Below, in pieces: positions 45,091 through 53,925 of a stretch of DNA of 64,000 nt. The stretch spans positions 1-64,000 of IMG/VR virus record IMGVR_UViG_3300041405_000133; one strand, given 5' to 3'. The position numbers and the translations under genes are program-made. Position 1 is the first letter of the stretch; the number at the start of each line of letters is the position of its first letter. The stretch comes from an uncultured virus (IMG/VR IMGVR_UViG_3300041405_000133). Taxonomy: Duplodnaviria > Heunggongvirae > Uroviricota > Caudoviricetes. The notes under the pieces are model-generated. The model saw only the letters and a program-made list of their open reading frames with translations. It ran no database searches and was not told the origin of the DNA.

Positions 45091-46587
45091 ATGTCTTACG
45101 CATCTCTCTGGAAACCCGCGCCAGCGTTCTACCCAATGCCAAACACCGGCACTGTCCTTGACATCTCGTCGGGTAGCTGGGTAAAGGGTCACAAAGGACA
45201 AATGATCTTGAACGGCGGCTTCGCCCTGTTCTGGTCTATTGCTGCATTGCCAAACATGGGTAAGTCCACCATCGCAGCCGGTTGCTGCGGTGCGGTACTG
45301 CGCGCTTTCCCTGATGCTGCACTTCACGTACATGATACTGAAACCACCATGGTGGCCGAACGTGTCGAACGTCTTACCCGTTTGGGTATGGGTGCTCCAT
45401 CGAAGTACAACCGTGTTCCTGAATGTCTGATGTCTGAAGGCCGGATGTTCTTCACCAACTCCGTTGACTACGATGGTACTCAATGGTTCGAGCTGGTCAA
45501 GAAATTCGCCAAGCAGCGCTTCAAAGAAGAGAAGCGTATTCAGCTTGAGATCCTGAACCCTCAGGACGGTAAGCCGTACGAGTACTTCAACCCGGTCATC
45601 GAATTCTGCGACTCCTTCTCTGGCCTGAAAGCCGAGAACGCCGTAGCGATGTTGGCTGAGAACGAAGTCGGCACCAAAGACATGAACATGTTGGCGATGC
45701 GTGTCAACAGCGGTAAGAGTCAGATCGTCGATCAGATCAACGACCTTGCTGCACGTCATGCGATCTACTTCCTCGGCACGGCGCACGTCGGTGCATCGTA
45801 CCAACTTGACCCACGCTCCCCTACTATCAAGACGTTGAAGTGGCTGAAGGGCGATATCAAGCTCAAGCGTGTGCCTGAGAACTTCTCGTTCCAGACCGGC
45901 AACTGCTACATCATCACTCACTTCTCGCCAATGTTAAACGGCAGTGGTAAAGATGCAATGCCAGAGTACCCGTACGAGCCGGGTGACGAGGATAAGCAGA
46001 CCGACCTGATCGAGATCAAGGTTACCAACCAGCGTGGCAAGTTCGGCATCTCAGGCGTTCCTATCCCTCTGGTTATTTCTCAGAAGGACGGCTTCCTGCC
46101 GTACATGTCTAACTTCGTCTTCCTGAAAGAAGAAGGCGGTAAGTTTGGTTTCGAAGGTAACGACCGCAACTACGCGCTGTCGCTCTGCCCTGACATCAAA
46201 CTGCAACGGACCAACGTTCGTCAGAAGTTCCGCGAGAACCCACGCCTGCAACACGCGGCTTACATTCTCGTAACCCTGTACTGGATGTTCACGTACTGGA
46301 CTGAGTTCGATGACGGCCTACGCTGCACTCCGGCGCAGTTGTATGAAGAAATCAAGGCCATGGGGTACGATTGGGATGCGCTGCTGGATTCTCGCTATTG
46401 GTTCATGCCAATCGAAGCCGGTAAGGACATTCCGTTCACATCCGCTATGGACCTCCTTCGTATCCGGGCCGGTCGGTATCACCCTTACTGGTATCCAAAA
46501 TCACGTAAAGAAATGGGACTCCCAGAGCCAGTTGACATTGCCGTAGTCGCTGAGTGTGTGGTTCCAAAGGAATCAACAGGAAAATAA
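45091..46587 (+). CDS. uvsX: UvsX/RecA-like recombinase (phiKZ gp152 family)
   Basis: NTGTVLDI, Walker A ALPNMGKST, HDTE, FCDSFS, TAHV, RGKFG. Confidence 0.85.
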   Translation: MSYASLWKPAPAFYPMPNTGTVLDISSGSWVKGHKGQMILNGGFALFWSIAALPNMGKSTIAAGCCGAVLRAFPDAALHVHDTETTMVAERVERLTRLGMGAPSKYNRVPECLMSEGRMFFTNSVDYDGTQWFELVKKFAKQRFKEEKRIQLEILNPQDGKPYEYFNPVIEFCDSFSGLKAENAVAMLAENEVGTKDMNMLAMRVNSGKSQIVDQINDLAARHAIYFLGTAHVGASYQLDPRSPTIKTLKWLKGDIKLKRVPENFSFQTGNCYIITHFSPMLNGSGKDAMPEYPYEPGDEDKQTDLIEIKVTNQRGKFGISGVPIPLVISQKDGFLPYMSNFVFLKEEGGKFGFEGNDRNYALSLCPDIKLQRTNVRQKFRENPRLQHAAYILVTLYWMFTYWTEFDDGLRCTPAQLYEEIKAMGYDWDALLDSRYWFMPIEAGKDIPFTSAMDLLRIRAGRYHPYWYPKSRKEMGLPEPVDIAVVAECVVPKESTGK

Positions 46588-46591
46588 CATC

Positions 46592-46873
46592 ATGGCCAAT
46601 TCACTGGTTACGAAGGTCAGCGACCTGCTGTCTAATCAGAACGCGAAACTCGCGGCTAACTTTAATGCCACGTTCCATGTGAACGCGGAGACAGAAGAAG
46701 ACGAACTCCGGGCACTCAACAAGTACTTCCGTCACGAGTTGAGCAAAATCCGGATCTCTACACTGGACGAGTGTGAGTGTCTGCGAAACGATATCGCGCC
46801 AGTGTATTGGCTGAAGTATTTCGAGACTCACGTCCTGCCGACTCTGGTGCGTTTCAATCTTCCCGAGGGCTAA
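46592..46873 (+). CDS. hypothetical protein
   Basis: 93 aa from ATG 46592 (SD AGGA), in an operon. Confidence 0.75.
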   Translation: MANSLVTKVSDLLSNQNAKLAANFNATFHVNAETEEDELRALNKYFRHELSKIRISTLDECECLRNDIAPVYWLKYFETHVLPTLVRFNLPEG

Positions 46874-46879
46874 TTCCAC

Positions 46880-47617
46880 ATGAACGCTAAACGTAAGAAA
46901 GTCACGGAAAAGATGTTGGAGCGAATCGCGTCCATCATTCCCGGCGACGATACGAACGTGAAGATCTTCAGGGAAAAACTCGAGGCAATGAATGATGACG
47001 AGTTTGAATCTTACTTGCGTAAGCTCAAGCCCGTCAAAACTCAGGAAGACATCGCTAACCGCGAGTGGATTCCATTCTACGTTCCTAACCTCTCAGGTAA
47101 GCGGGTAAGTATTGCTCGCAACTACCAGATTGCGAAAGGCATGGGACGTAGCTTGGATCACCGTCTGGTAATGACTGACCCTTCAACGGGTTTGCAGTAC
47201 GTCACTCCGCACGCGTATCCGGTTCTCGATCTTCCAGTGCGTCGACAGGCTCAGACGGTCGCTAAGAAGCGATCTATCCCTGAGCATAACCAACGTATCG
47301 ACGACCTGACCGAACAGCCTACAAGCGAGTCTAAGGGCAGCCGTATCTCCTCTCCTGAGGGTGTGGCGCTCTTGTCTCGTGGTCTTGACAACACGATGCT
47401 TGAATTCGTGAAGATCCGTGGTGGTGACACCGCAGGTTATCGCGAGTACAAACGTCTGCTGATCGAGACGGGTGAGGTCAGCTACGCACAGTTGGACGGG
47501 TTGGGTATCGCTAAATCTACCAAGACTGCATCGATTATCTTTAATTGCATGCACATTGGTAACAACCTCGATCCAAGTACTAAGGTGCCTGCCGATGCCA
47601 TGCCCGACACGCTCTGA
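46880..47617 (+). CDS. virion RNA polymerase beta subunit, C-terminal piece (phiKZ gp149 family)
   Basis: DLTEQPTSESKGSRISSPEGVALLSRGLDNTMLEFVKIRGGD aligns with RpoB [45 protein letters not shown]. Confidence 0.8.
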   Translation: MNAKRKKVTEKMLERIASIIPGDDTNVKIFREKLEAMNDDEFESYLRKLKPVKTQEDIANREWIPFYVPNLSGKRVSIARNYQIAKGMGRSLDHRLVMTDPSTGLQYVTPHAYPVLDLPVRRQAQTVAKKRSIPEHNQRIDDLTEQPTSESKGSRISSPEGVALLSRGLDNTMLEFVKIRGGDTAGYREYKRLLIETGEVSYAQLDGLGIAKSTKTASIIFNCMHIGNNLDPSTKVPADAMPDTL

Positions 47618-47618
47618 A

Positions 47619-48086
47619 ATGATGAAGCTGATTACCGATATCGTGTTCAGGTATTGCAGTACGCCTGAACGCATCGGTTCGATGCTGACTCTCGCCACTG
47701 CTTCGAAGCTACAGATCAACTTCCGGACTTCCCTGCACTCTAAAACAGGCTGCTTGAAGCTTTGGGATTTCATCGAGGTCCAAACGGACGTCAGTGATCC
47801 TGAGTTCATGGAAGTTCTGATGAACATGGTTGGCGAGTTTATGTTCCTTGCCGAGGTGGATGACACCGCCTTCAACACTGAAATCGCCGGTCCTCTGGCC
47901 AGAACTCTGGCGTGGGTGAAAGACGCTGCCGGTACGCCTGACTCACTACGTGAGATGGCTGCCAATGTCGAGACGTATCGTGAGATGCTCAACTTCAACA
48001 AGTGGGCGGCTTTCGTCTACCTGATGTCGATGACCGATCTGATGCGCGTATTGACAGCGTTAAAGAACGAAGCTGCTAAAGGTTAA
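47619..48086 (+). CDS. hypothetical protein
   Basis: ATG at 47619 directly after the upstream stop; ~155 aa. Confidence 0.75.
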   Translation: MMKLITDIVFRYCSTPERIGSMLTLATASKLQINFRTSLHSKTGCLKLWDFIEVQTDVSDPEFMEVLMNMVGEFMFLAEVDDTAFNTEIAGPLARTLAWVKDAAGTPDSLREMAANVETYREMLNFNKWAAFVYLMSMTDLMRVLTALKNEAAKG

Positions 48087-48100
48087 CTCCGAGGTTCTCA

Positions 48101-48826
48101 ATGAGACAAAGGGCGCTTATCGACATCGATATGATCCTGGATACTCGGTACGGCACACTCAAGCGCATCGACGAAAAACTCGCCGATGCGCTCGTGCTTA
48201 CCAATCTGTATCGTGACCGGACGGATGATCATTTCGACCTAATTACCAACGGGGCTATTGACCGTGAGCAGTACAAAGCTCTTTATGCTGCTCGCGACAC
48301 AGAAACCCTGTTCAACTCGAAGATGACAGACTTCGTCTATCATTTCCGAAAAGACATCAATGAGGGGTTGACCCGCATCGATCGTAAGGTAGACATCGAG
48401 TCCATCGAGGTGGATATCAACGTCTATCCCTACAATCTGGAAGCCCATGAAGCGGATGTTATCCGTGCATCGATGGAGCATTACTTCCAGTGGCCGGCTG
48501 TCGTCAACATCGTAAGACTCGCTCCTGAGGATTTGAGTGCACCGTATGTCGACAACAGTTACGAGCTGATGGCGTATTACAACCATGAGGATTGGCTTGG
48601 CCCAAACACTCAGAGCGTAATCGACAAACGCATTCCGCTGGTGACACTGATCACGCCTCGAATCTCGACGTCGGGTAATGTGCCAAAGCCAGATCAACAA
48701 ATCAGAGACCCATTCGCTACACGGTCTGCGTATCTGGTTAAGTTCTTGGCCTTGCACTTCATCCCAACGTCGTGGGCTTGTTACAACCCGTTTATTCTTC
48801 AGCAGTTACAAAGTTCGAGATGTTGA
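48101..48826 (+). CDS. hypothetical protein with N-terminal DxD motif (HAD-like fold possible)
   Basis: 241 aa, SD GAGGT, RALIDIDMILDT. Confidence 0.75.
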   Translation: MRQRALIDIDMILDTRYGTLKRIDEKLADALVLTNLYRDRTDDHFDLITNGAIDREQYKALYAARDTETLFNSKMTDFVYHFRKDINEGLTRIDRKVDIESIEVDINVYPYNLEAHEADVIRASMEHYFQWPAVVNIVRLAPEDLSAPYVDNSYELMAYYNHEDWLGPNTQSVIDKRIPLVTLITPRISTSGNVPKPDQQIRDPFATRSAYLVKFLALHFIPTSWACYNPFILQQLQSSRC

Positions 48827-49250
48827 GGATATTCTCACCCTGAGCATCTTCACCTTCGATGAACGATACCGCTGGGAGTGCGTTGACATCCAGTGGCGAA
48901 CGGGTACGTGGTTTGACTGGGCGGTTATCTGCGTCTTGACCCATCATCTGTTTGAGTTGACGGAAGGTGTCGATAACCAGACGACCGTCAGTCGAATCAC
49001 TTTCAGCGATGTCGAGTTCACGGGTGGTCAGGGCTGCCTTGTCCATGTCGCGAAGAACGCTGGTCAGGTCTTTGATGTCAGCCGGGATACGGCGTTCTTC
49101 GCCGAGTAGGTCATCGACGATCCGATAACGAAGTCCTTGAGTAAACTTGAGGACATCGCTTGGGTCTGTCGATGCTGACGCTACTGGAACTTTGGCGTGG
49201 AGCAGCTCACCTTCAAGGATCTCTCCGTCACTTACAAAATCTTCTTCCAT
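48792..49250 (-). CDS. hypothetical acidic protein
   Basis: 152 aa, SD AAGGAG; 3' end overlaps the convergent gene by 35 nt. Confidence 0.75.
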   Translation of the reverse strand: MEEDFVSDGEILEGELLHAKVPVASASTDPSDVLKFTQGLRYRIVDDLLGEERRIPADIKDLTSVLRDMDKAALTTRELDIAESDSTDGRLVIDTFRQLKQMMGQDADNRPVKPRTRSPLDVNALPAVSFIEGEDAQGENILNISNFVTAEE

Positions 49251-49281
49251 TTCTATCTCCTTTACCCTCTAAGGAGGGGTT

Positions 49282-49791
49282 ATGTTTCTCAAACGATTAA
49301 AGACATGGTTGTTAGGCGAGGAGGTGTTACTACCCACACAATGGCCTGAAGATGCGTGGGACCGCATGTTGATGATGGCTCACTACGCACAGGACTTTAA
49401 GCTTGGTCCGATCGGTGTCCATCATTACGATATCACCGTTGAGGTAATGTCGACGAATGTGGATGAGCTTTTCGCTCAACTTGAAACATTGATCCACTGC
49501 ACTGCCAACGAGGAGGACGTTCCTGACGGCTGGAACGACCGTGATCGTACGAAGTGGATCGATCCTTTACCAGATTACTATTTCAGTACTAAGGCCGGCT
49601 ACAGGCAGCCACAGGACGTTCTGGATATAGTGATCGAAAAGGTCATGGTCATACATAACCTACTTGAATCACATGAGATAGTAGTTATCCATCCGTACTA
49701 CAGTTACATGCGGAGAGAGTTCTACTCTGTTGTTTGTGATGTTGTTGAAGTGCTGAACGCCAGTTACGAGTTGCATAAGCTGGCAAAGTAA
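49282..49791 (+). CDS. hypothetical protein
   Basis: 169 aa, SD AAGGAGG. Confidence 0.8.
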   Translation: MFLKRLKTWLLGEEVLLPTQWPEDAWDRMLMMAHYAQDFKLGPIGVHHYDITVEVMSTNVDELFAQLETLIHCTANEEDVPDGWNDRDRTKWIDPLPDYYFSTKAGYRQPQDVLDIVIEKVMVIHNLLESHEIVVIHPYYSYMRREFYSVVCDVVEVLNASYELHKLAK

Positions 49792-49859
49792 TAACCATCT
49801 GTCCTCATTGCCGATCCATCGCTCCCGCGTAAGGTCGGACACGCCCAAAGGATACATTG

Positions 49860-50333
49860 ATGCCAAAGCCTCCGAAGAACTCAACGTTCAGGGAATTGCT
49901 ACGAGATCCAAACAAGAAGTACGATGAGACTTCTCATGCGTTGGCTAAGCTACTCCGCGATATGCTTGCTAACAGTGGGATCGGTCCCGGTGAATGGGAC
50001 AAGCTCATCGAGCGTTACTACAAGAAGATGTACACGAATCGTAAGGGTGAGATCGATCTGATCAAGGTTAACCAAGAGAAGTCTAACCTCACCCGTGCTC
50101 TGGCTAAGGACAAGGTGCCTTGGTATCGACTCGATACAGCGATCCAGATTCTTGGATCGGCGAGCTACACAATCTCGATCGAGCGAGAAGATGCACGAGG
50201 CGTGAAGTTCACCAGTAAACTGAAGATCAAGAACCGGTATGTAATCATGCCTGAGATGAATGAGGGGGAAGATGACGGCATTGACGTACTCACCTCCGAC
50301 AATCAGAAGGGCGATGATAGCGATGAAGACTAA
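49860..50333 (+). CDS. hypothetical basic protein with acidic tail
   Basis: ~157 aa, SD AAGGA. Confidence 0.75.
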   Translation: MPKPPKNSTFRELLRDPNKKYDETSHALAKLLRDMLANSGIGPGEWDKLIERYYKKMYTNRKGEIDLIKVNQEKSNLTRALAKDKVPWYRLDTAIQILGSASYTISIEREDARGVKFTSKLKIKNRYVIMPEMNEGEDDGIDVLTSDNQKGDDSDED

Positions 50334-50769
50334 AGTTCCTGATCCCATGCTGGATGGTGAAGATCACATCAACGTCTGGACCAAGGCCAAGACGCGCTTA
50401 GGGCGACTCCTGACCAATCCAGCGGACGTTGCAGTAACCCATCCTACGTACGGTCGCTTTCGTACGATGGAAGGGTTACACTTCTATCTGAAGACGGGGA
50501 TGATTTACGAAGACCTTCGCTCCATGAACGGCTATGAGGCACGTCGTTTTGGAGGCACGTTGAAGACGGTCTGGTTCCCTAACTTCATGGAAGAGATCAA
50601 GATTGGCATTCGGTGCAAGATTGATCAACATCCTGAGCTGAAAGAATTGATGGAGGAATCCATCTTGCCTTTCGAACATTACTACGTATACCCGACGAAC
50701 GTGGTGGTGCCAAAGAGCTCTAAAGCTTTCTGCCAGTTGCTTGAAGAGATCCGCGCAGAGATGCGTTAA
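50323..50769 (+). CDS. NADAR-family protein (YbiA / T4 gp30.3-like)
   Basis: LLTNPA..YGRFRTMEG..YLK..GYEARRFG..CKIDQHPELKELM..FEH..FCQLLEEIR matches the order of the NADAR blocks. Confidence 0.7.
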   Translation: MKTKVPDPMLDGEDHINVWTKAKTRLGRLLTNPADVAVTHPTYGRFRTMEGLHFYLKTGMIYEDLRSMNGYEARRFGGTLKTVWFPNFMEEIKIGIRCKIDQHPELKELMEESILPFEHYYVYPTNVVVPKSSKAFCQLLEEIRAEMR

Positions 50770-50816
50770 ATAATGGGAGACTTCGGTCTCCCATTATCCC
50801 CACTTCTTTTTTTTTG
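50770..50816 (+). terminator. intrinsic terminator (ACTTC-T9 class)
   Basis: ATAATGGGAGAC-ttcg-GTCTCCCATTAT then CCCC-ACTTC-T9. Confidence 0.9.
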
Positions 50817-50851
50817 TCTATGGTGTGACAGTTACACTCAGGATGATGACC

Positions 50852-51892
50852 ATGGCCGCTTCATTAGCTAACACGATTTTCCAAGGCAACTCCCGTGACG
50901 CGATGGTTGTTTCCGACGCGTACAAGATCTCAAAGAACGAGACTCGCAACAGCATGTACGATTCCGTTAAGGGGATCTACAGTGGTGCAGTCGACGGGCT
51001 GTTTGCTAACAAGAGTTCTATCACGACTCTCGCAGGTTTGGTTAAACAAGCCAAAGGCGGGAACATCGATAAGATCGGGATGCTCAACACAGCTCTCGGT
51101 GCGATGGGTTCCAGTCTACCGAGTCTGCTCGGCACTCTAGGTGGTTCTCTCAAGAATGTCTTGGGTGATGCCGCTGGGTCGTTGATCGGTCCAGGTGCTA
51201 CGAAGGGTATCGAGGTACTCTACAAGAACGCCAGTATGCTTATCGGCGCTGCTGATATCGATAGCACTAGCGATCTGTTGAAGTTCGTGAATGCGATGGC
51301 TGGCGATAGTGAGCTGACTCAGTTCATCAACATCGAAGCCGAAAGTGCAATCATCGGTGGTATCGCCAAGAACCTGATGGACTACGGTCTGGACGATCTT
51401 GTCGATGAAGCTATCGAGATGGGTCGTACCGAACAGGTCAGACAGAATGCCTTCGCTTACATGTCGGTGGCTGCTGTTAATGGACCTCTTGGTTCTGGCG
51501 TCGGTGGTTCTAACCTCGACATGATCAACAAGGTCATCGATAACATCGGGATCACCAAGTTCCTCGAATACAACCCTGATGCCGTGGCTTCCATTATCGC
51601 AGGCTACAACTTCGATCCGACCTACACCGTTGCCGATTATCCAGCGCAACGTACGAAACTTCTCGACACACTGGTTCGTATCAATGCTAACTGGGATAAG
51701 AAACTTCGTGGTGCTGAATACATTCCGAACTTGGGTCCTTTCCTGAAGCAAAGCGCTTCATCGAAAACTCTGTTCTGTATGTCTCCTCCGCTGCGTACTC
51801 TCTCGTTGGCTGCCACCGGTAAGGCTACCGCTAACGTCGGTACAGTCGTGAAGACACTCTACCCGAATGCTTACATGCCGGGCATCAAGTGA
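50852..51892 (+). CDS. putative virion structural protein
   Basis: ~346 aa, Gly/Ala/Leu-rich. Start uncertain (50843-50852). Convergent on the tail genes. Confidence 0.7.
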   Translation: MAASLANTIFQGNSRDAMVVSDAYKISKNETRNSMYDSVKGIYSGAVDGLFANKSSITTLAGLVKQAKGGNIDKIGMLNTALGAMGSSLPSLLGTLGGSLKNVLGDAAGSLIGPGATKGIEVLYKNASMLIGAADIDSTSDLLKFVNAMAGDSELTQFINIEAESAIIGGIAKNLMDYGLDDLVDEAIEMGRTEQVRQNAFAYMSVAAVNGPLGSGVGGSNLDMINKVIDNIGITKFLEYNPDAVASIIAGYNFDPTYTVADYPAQRTKLLDTLVRINANWDKKLRGAEYIPNLGPFLKQSASSKTLFCMSPPLRTLSLAATGKATANVGTVVKTLYPNAYMPGIK

Positions 51893-51925
51893 CATAAGGC
51901 CGGGGTTTCCCCCGGCCTCTATGCT
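51890..51925. terminator. bidirectional hairpin, TATG class (near copy of 35063-35100)
   Basis: gacata-AGGCCGGGG-tttc-CCCCGGCCT-ctatgct. Confidence 0.8.
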
Positions 51926-51927
51926 AT

Positions 51928-53916
51928 TTACGAACGATCCGTCGGATTGGATAGCGCTTTGATGAGATCCCCTGACAGACCAGACATGAGTCCAGATGCC
52001 ATGCGATAAGGGGAACGCCATTGAGCGGCTTCCGCACGGCTACGCGCCATGTTGAGTTGCCACTTCCGAGTACCGTTGATCTGCACGTCCAAAGGAATGG
52101 ACGCCATCACCGCCATGAAGTCGGTCCACTTGTTATCTTCACCGTAGGTTGCCTTGGTCAGTGCAGCCGCAGTAGCTTCACCAGCCGATCCGCCCAATGC
52201 GCTAGCCACGGCACTAATAGCACCAGTGACGCCACTCACGTTCGGGTTGATAGGAACCGACAGTACGTTGGATAGGTCATCGATAGTAACGTTAACGTCA
52301 ATACCAAGAACCTTACCGCCCTTAGCGTAACCAACGTCACCCACACCACGTTCGATACTGATCGAGGAGATCAGACCTTCACGGATGATAGTACGACCTT
52401 GGTTGTAGACTTCCAACAGGAACGGACCGTCATACGAAGCACGACCAGTTGCACGAGGAAGACCCAACGCCAAGATAGCGCCCAACGGAATGAACAGGTT
52501 CTGCAAACGAACCCAGTCATCTGCTGCCCACGATCTCAGGTGGATAGTGAACGTGGTACGGCCAATATCAGCCGAGGACGTTTCATACACCTTTTGAATG
52601 TCAGCGAAGGCGTTACCAGCCAGAGCGATGAACCCTTCTACCTGAGCAGCATTCAAGATACCCTTGGCGACGTCTCCGACGATATCCATAACCGCACCGA
52701 TAGGTCCAGCGATGTTACCATCAGCGATGTTGAATCGCGCCATACGAGCCTTGGATGACATCGCGTTGATTTCGGTCTTGATGGACGGTTCAGTGATGGC
52801 GTTGTTGAAGCTATCGGAGTTAGTGCCAGTGTTGTTCACACGGAACGTCACAAAGTCAGCACCCATACGTGCTTCAGCTTTAGCCTGCTTCGCCATTTTA
52901 GTGACGTAGCTTTCTTCACTGGAGTCCTCATCCGTCTTCGGTGGTTTGCTTGCATCGTACTCACCACCAAACGCCATGTACGCTTCTTCGTACTCAGCCA
53001 GAGAGAAGCCTGGGTCACTGAGTTGAATCGTACCTGTCTCGATGGCTTGACCCATCATCTTCTGGAACTGCTCAGCCCGCTGTGCAGGGTCAGCAGTCAG
53101 ACCGGACATGGCGTTGTCCATCATCGCACGATACTGGTTAGCCAGACGCTGTGCTTTGGTAGAGAACGCAAACACGTCGATACCACCAGCCGACATTACA
53201 ATGTCAGGCATGATGCGGTGCATCGAATCGGAGTCAGCCTTATCCGGAACAGCCAGCGGGTCAAAGAACCGTTTCTGTTCATCGTTAACGAAGTGAGGAG
53301 ACAAACCCAAGTTAACGAACATGCCGTTTACGAAACTACTTACCGCCCACCAGTACGGATACATGGTTGGTTTCAGATAGTAATACTTCGAACGTGGCAT
53401 ACCTGCAAAGAAGTCAACCATCTGTCCAGCGAGAATGAACGGCTGGAAAGGGATCGTACCGATGAAGCCTGCAACCTCACCTGCTTTAAACCACACAGAC
53501 GGAGCGCGACCTGTACGAGCCATCGAGCCTGCGTACACGTTGTAGAAGTTACCGAAGAAGTTCGTCATCGAGTTGAACTTCGGAACACCTGCCCGAATGT
53601 GGATCTGTTGAGAGTTGTCGTCAAGCACCTCACTCCACCAACGACCTACGCCGTAAGATTTGGAATAAAGGGATTTGTGCTTCAAGTCACAGTTGCCTGT
53701 AAACTGAGGCAGAGGGTTTACTTGGAAATGTCCTCCCATCGAGGTGTCGATGAACTTGCGAGAAGAAGTGGTGTAGTAACGTCTGGTGTTGTTCGTGGCA
53801 TCGGACAAAGCGCTGGCAGGAGCCAGGAACGCATTACCCGCCCACGTTCTATCGAGGATATATTTCCGAGCCATAGATACATCCTGTTGGGAAAGAAGCC
53901 GGGTGAGTTTCCCCAC
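51928..53916 (-). CDS. tail/baseplate-associated virion protein (phiKZ gp182 family)
   Basis: 662 aa, GTG start. KFIDTSMGG..NPLPQFT, SKYYYLKPTM; immediately downstream of the tape-measure gene. Confidence 0.7.
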   Translation of the reverse strand: MGKLTRLLSQQDVSMARKYILDRTWAGNAFLAPASALSDATNNTRRYYTTSSRKFIDTSMGGHFQVNPLPQFTGNCDLKHKSLYSKSYGVGRWWSEVLDDNSQQIHIRAGVPKFNSMTNFFGNFYNVYAGSMARTGRAPSVWFKAGEVAGFIGTIPFQPFILAGQMVDFFAGMPRSKYYYLKPTMYPYWWAVSSFVNGMFVNLGLSPHFVNDEQKRFFDPLAVPDKADSDSMHRIMPDIVMSAGGIDVFAFSTKAQRLANQYRAMMDNAMSGLTADPAQRAEQFQKMMGQAIETGTIQLSDPGFSLAEYEEAYMAFGGEYDASKPPKTDEDSSEESYVTKMAKQAKAEARMGADFVTFRVNNTGTNSDSFNNAITEPSIKTEINAMSSKARMARFNIADGNIAGPIGAVMDIVGDVAKGILNAAQVEGFIALAGNAFADIQKVYETSSADIGRTTFTIHLRSWAADDWVRLQNLFIPLGAILALGLPRATGRASYDGPFLLEVYNQGRTIIREGLISSISIERGVGDVGYAKGGKVLGIDVNVTIDDLSNVLSVPINPNVSGVTGAISAVASALGGSAGEATAAALTKATYGEDNKWTDFMAVMASIPLDVQINGTRKWQLNMARSRAEAAQWRSPYRMASGLMSGLSGDLIKALSNPTDRS

Positions 53917-53925
53917 CCGGTATTG

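Noticed and set aside
48101..48826. HAD phosphatase activity
   Set aside because: Only motif I (DxD) is evident. Motifs II-IV could not be identified, so the gene is left as hypothetical.
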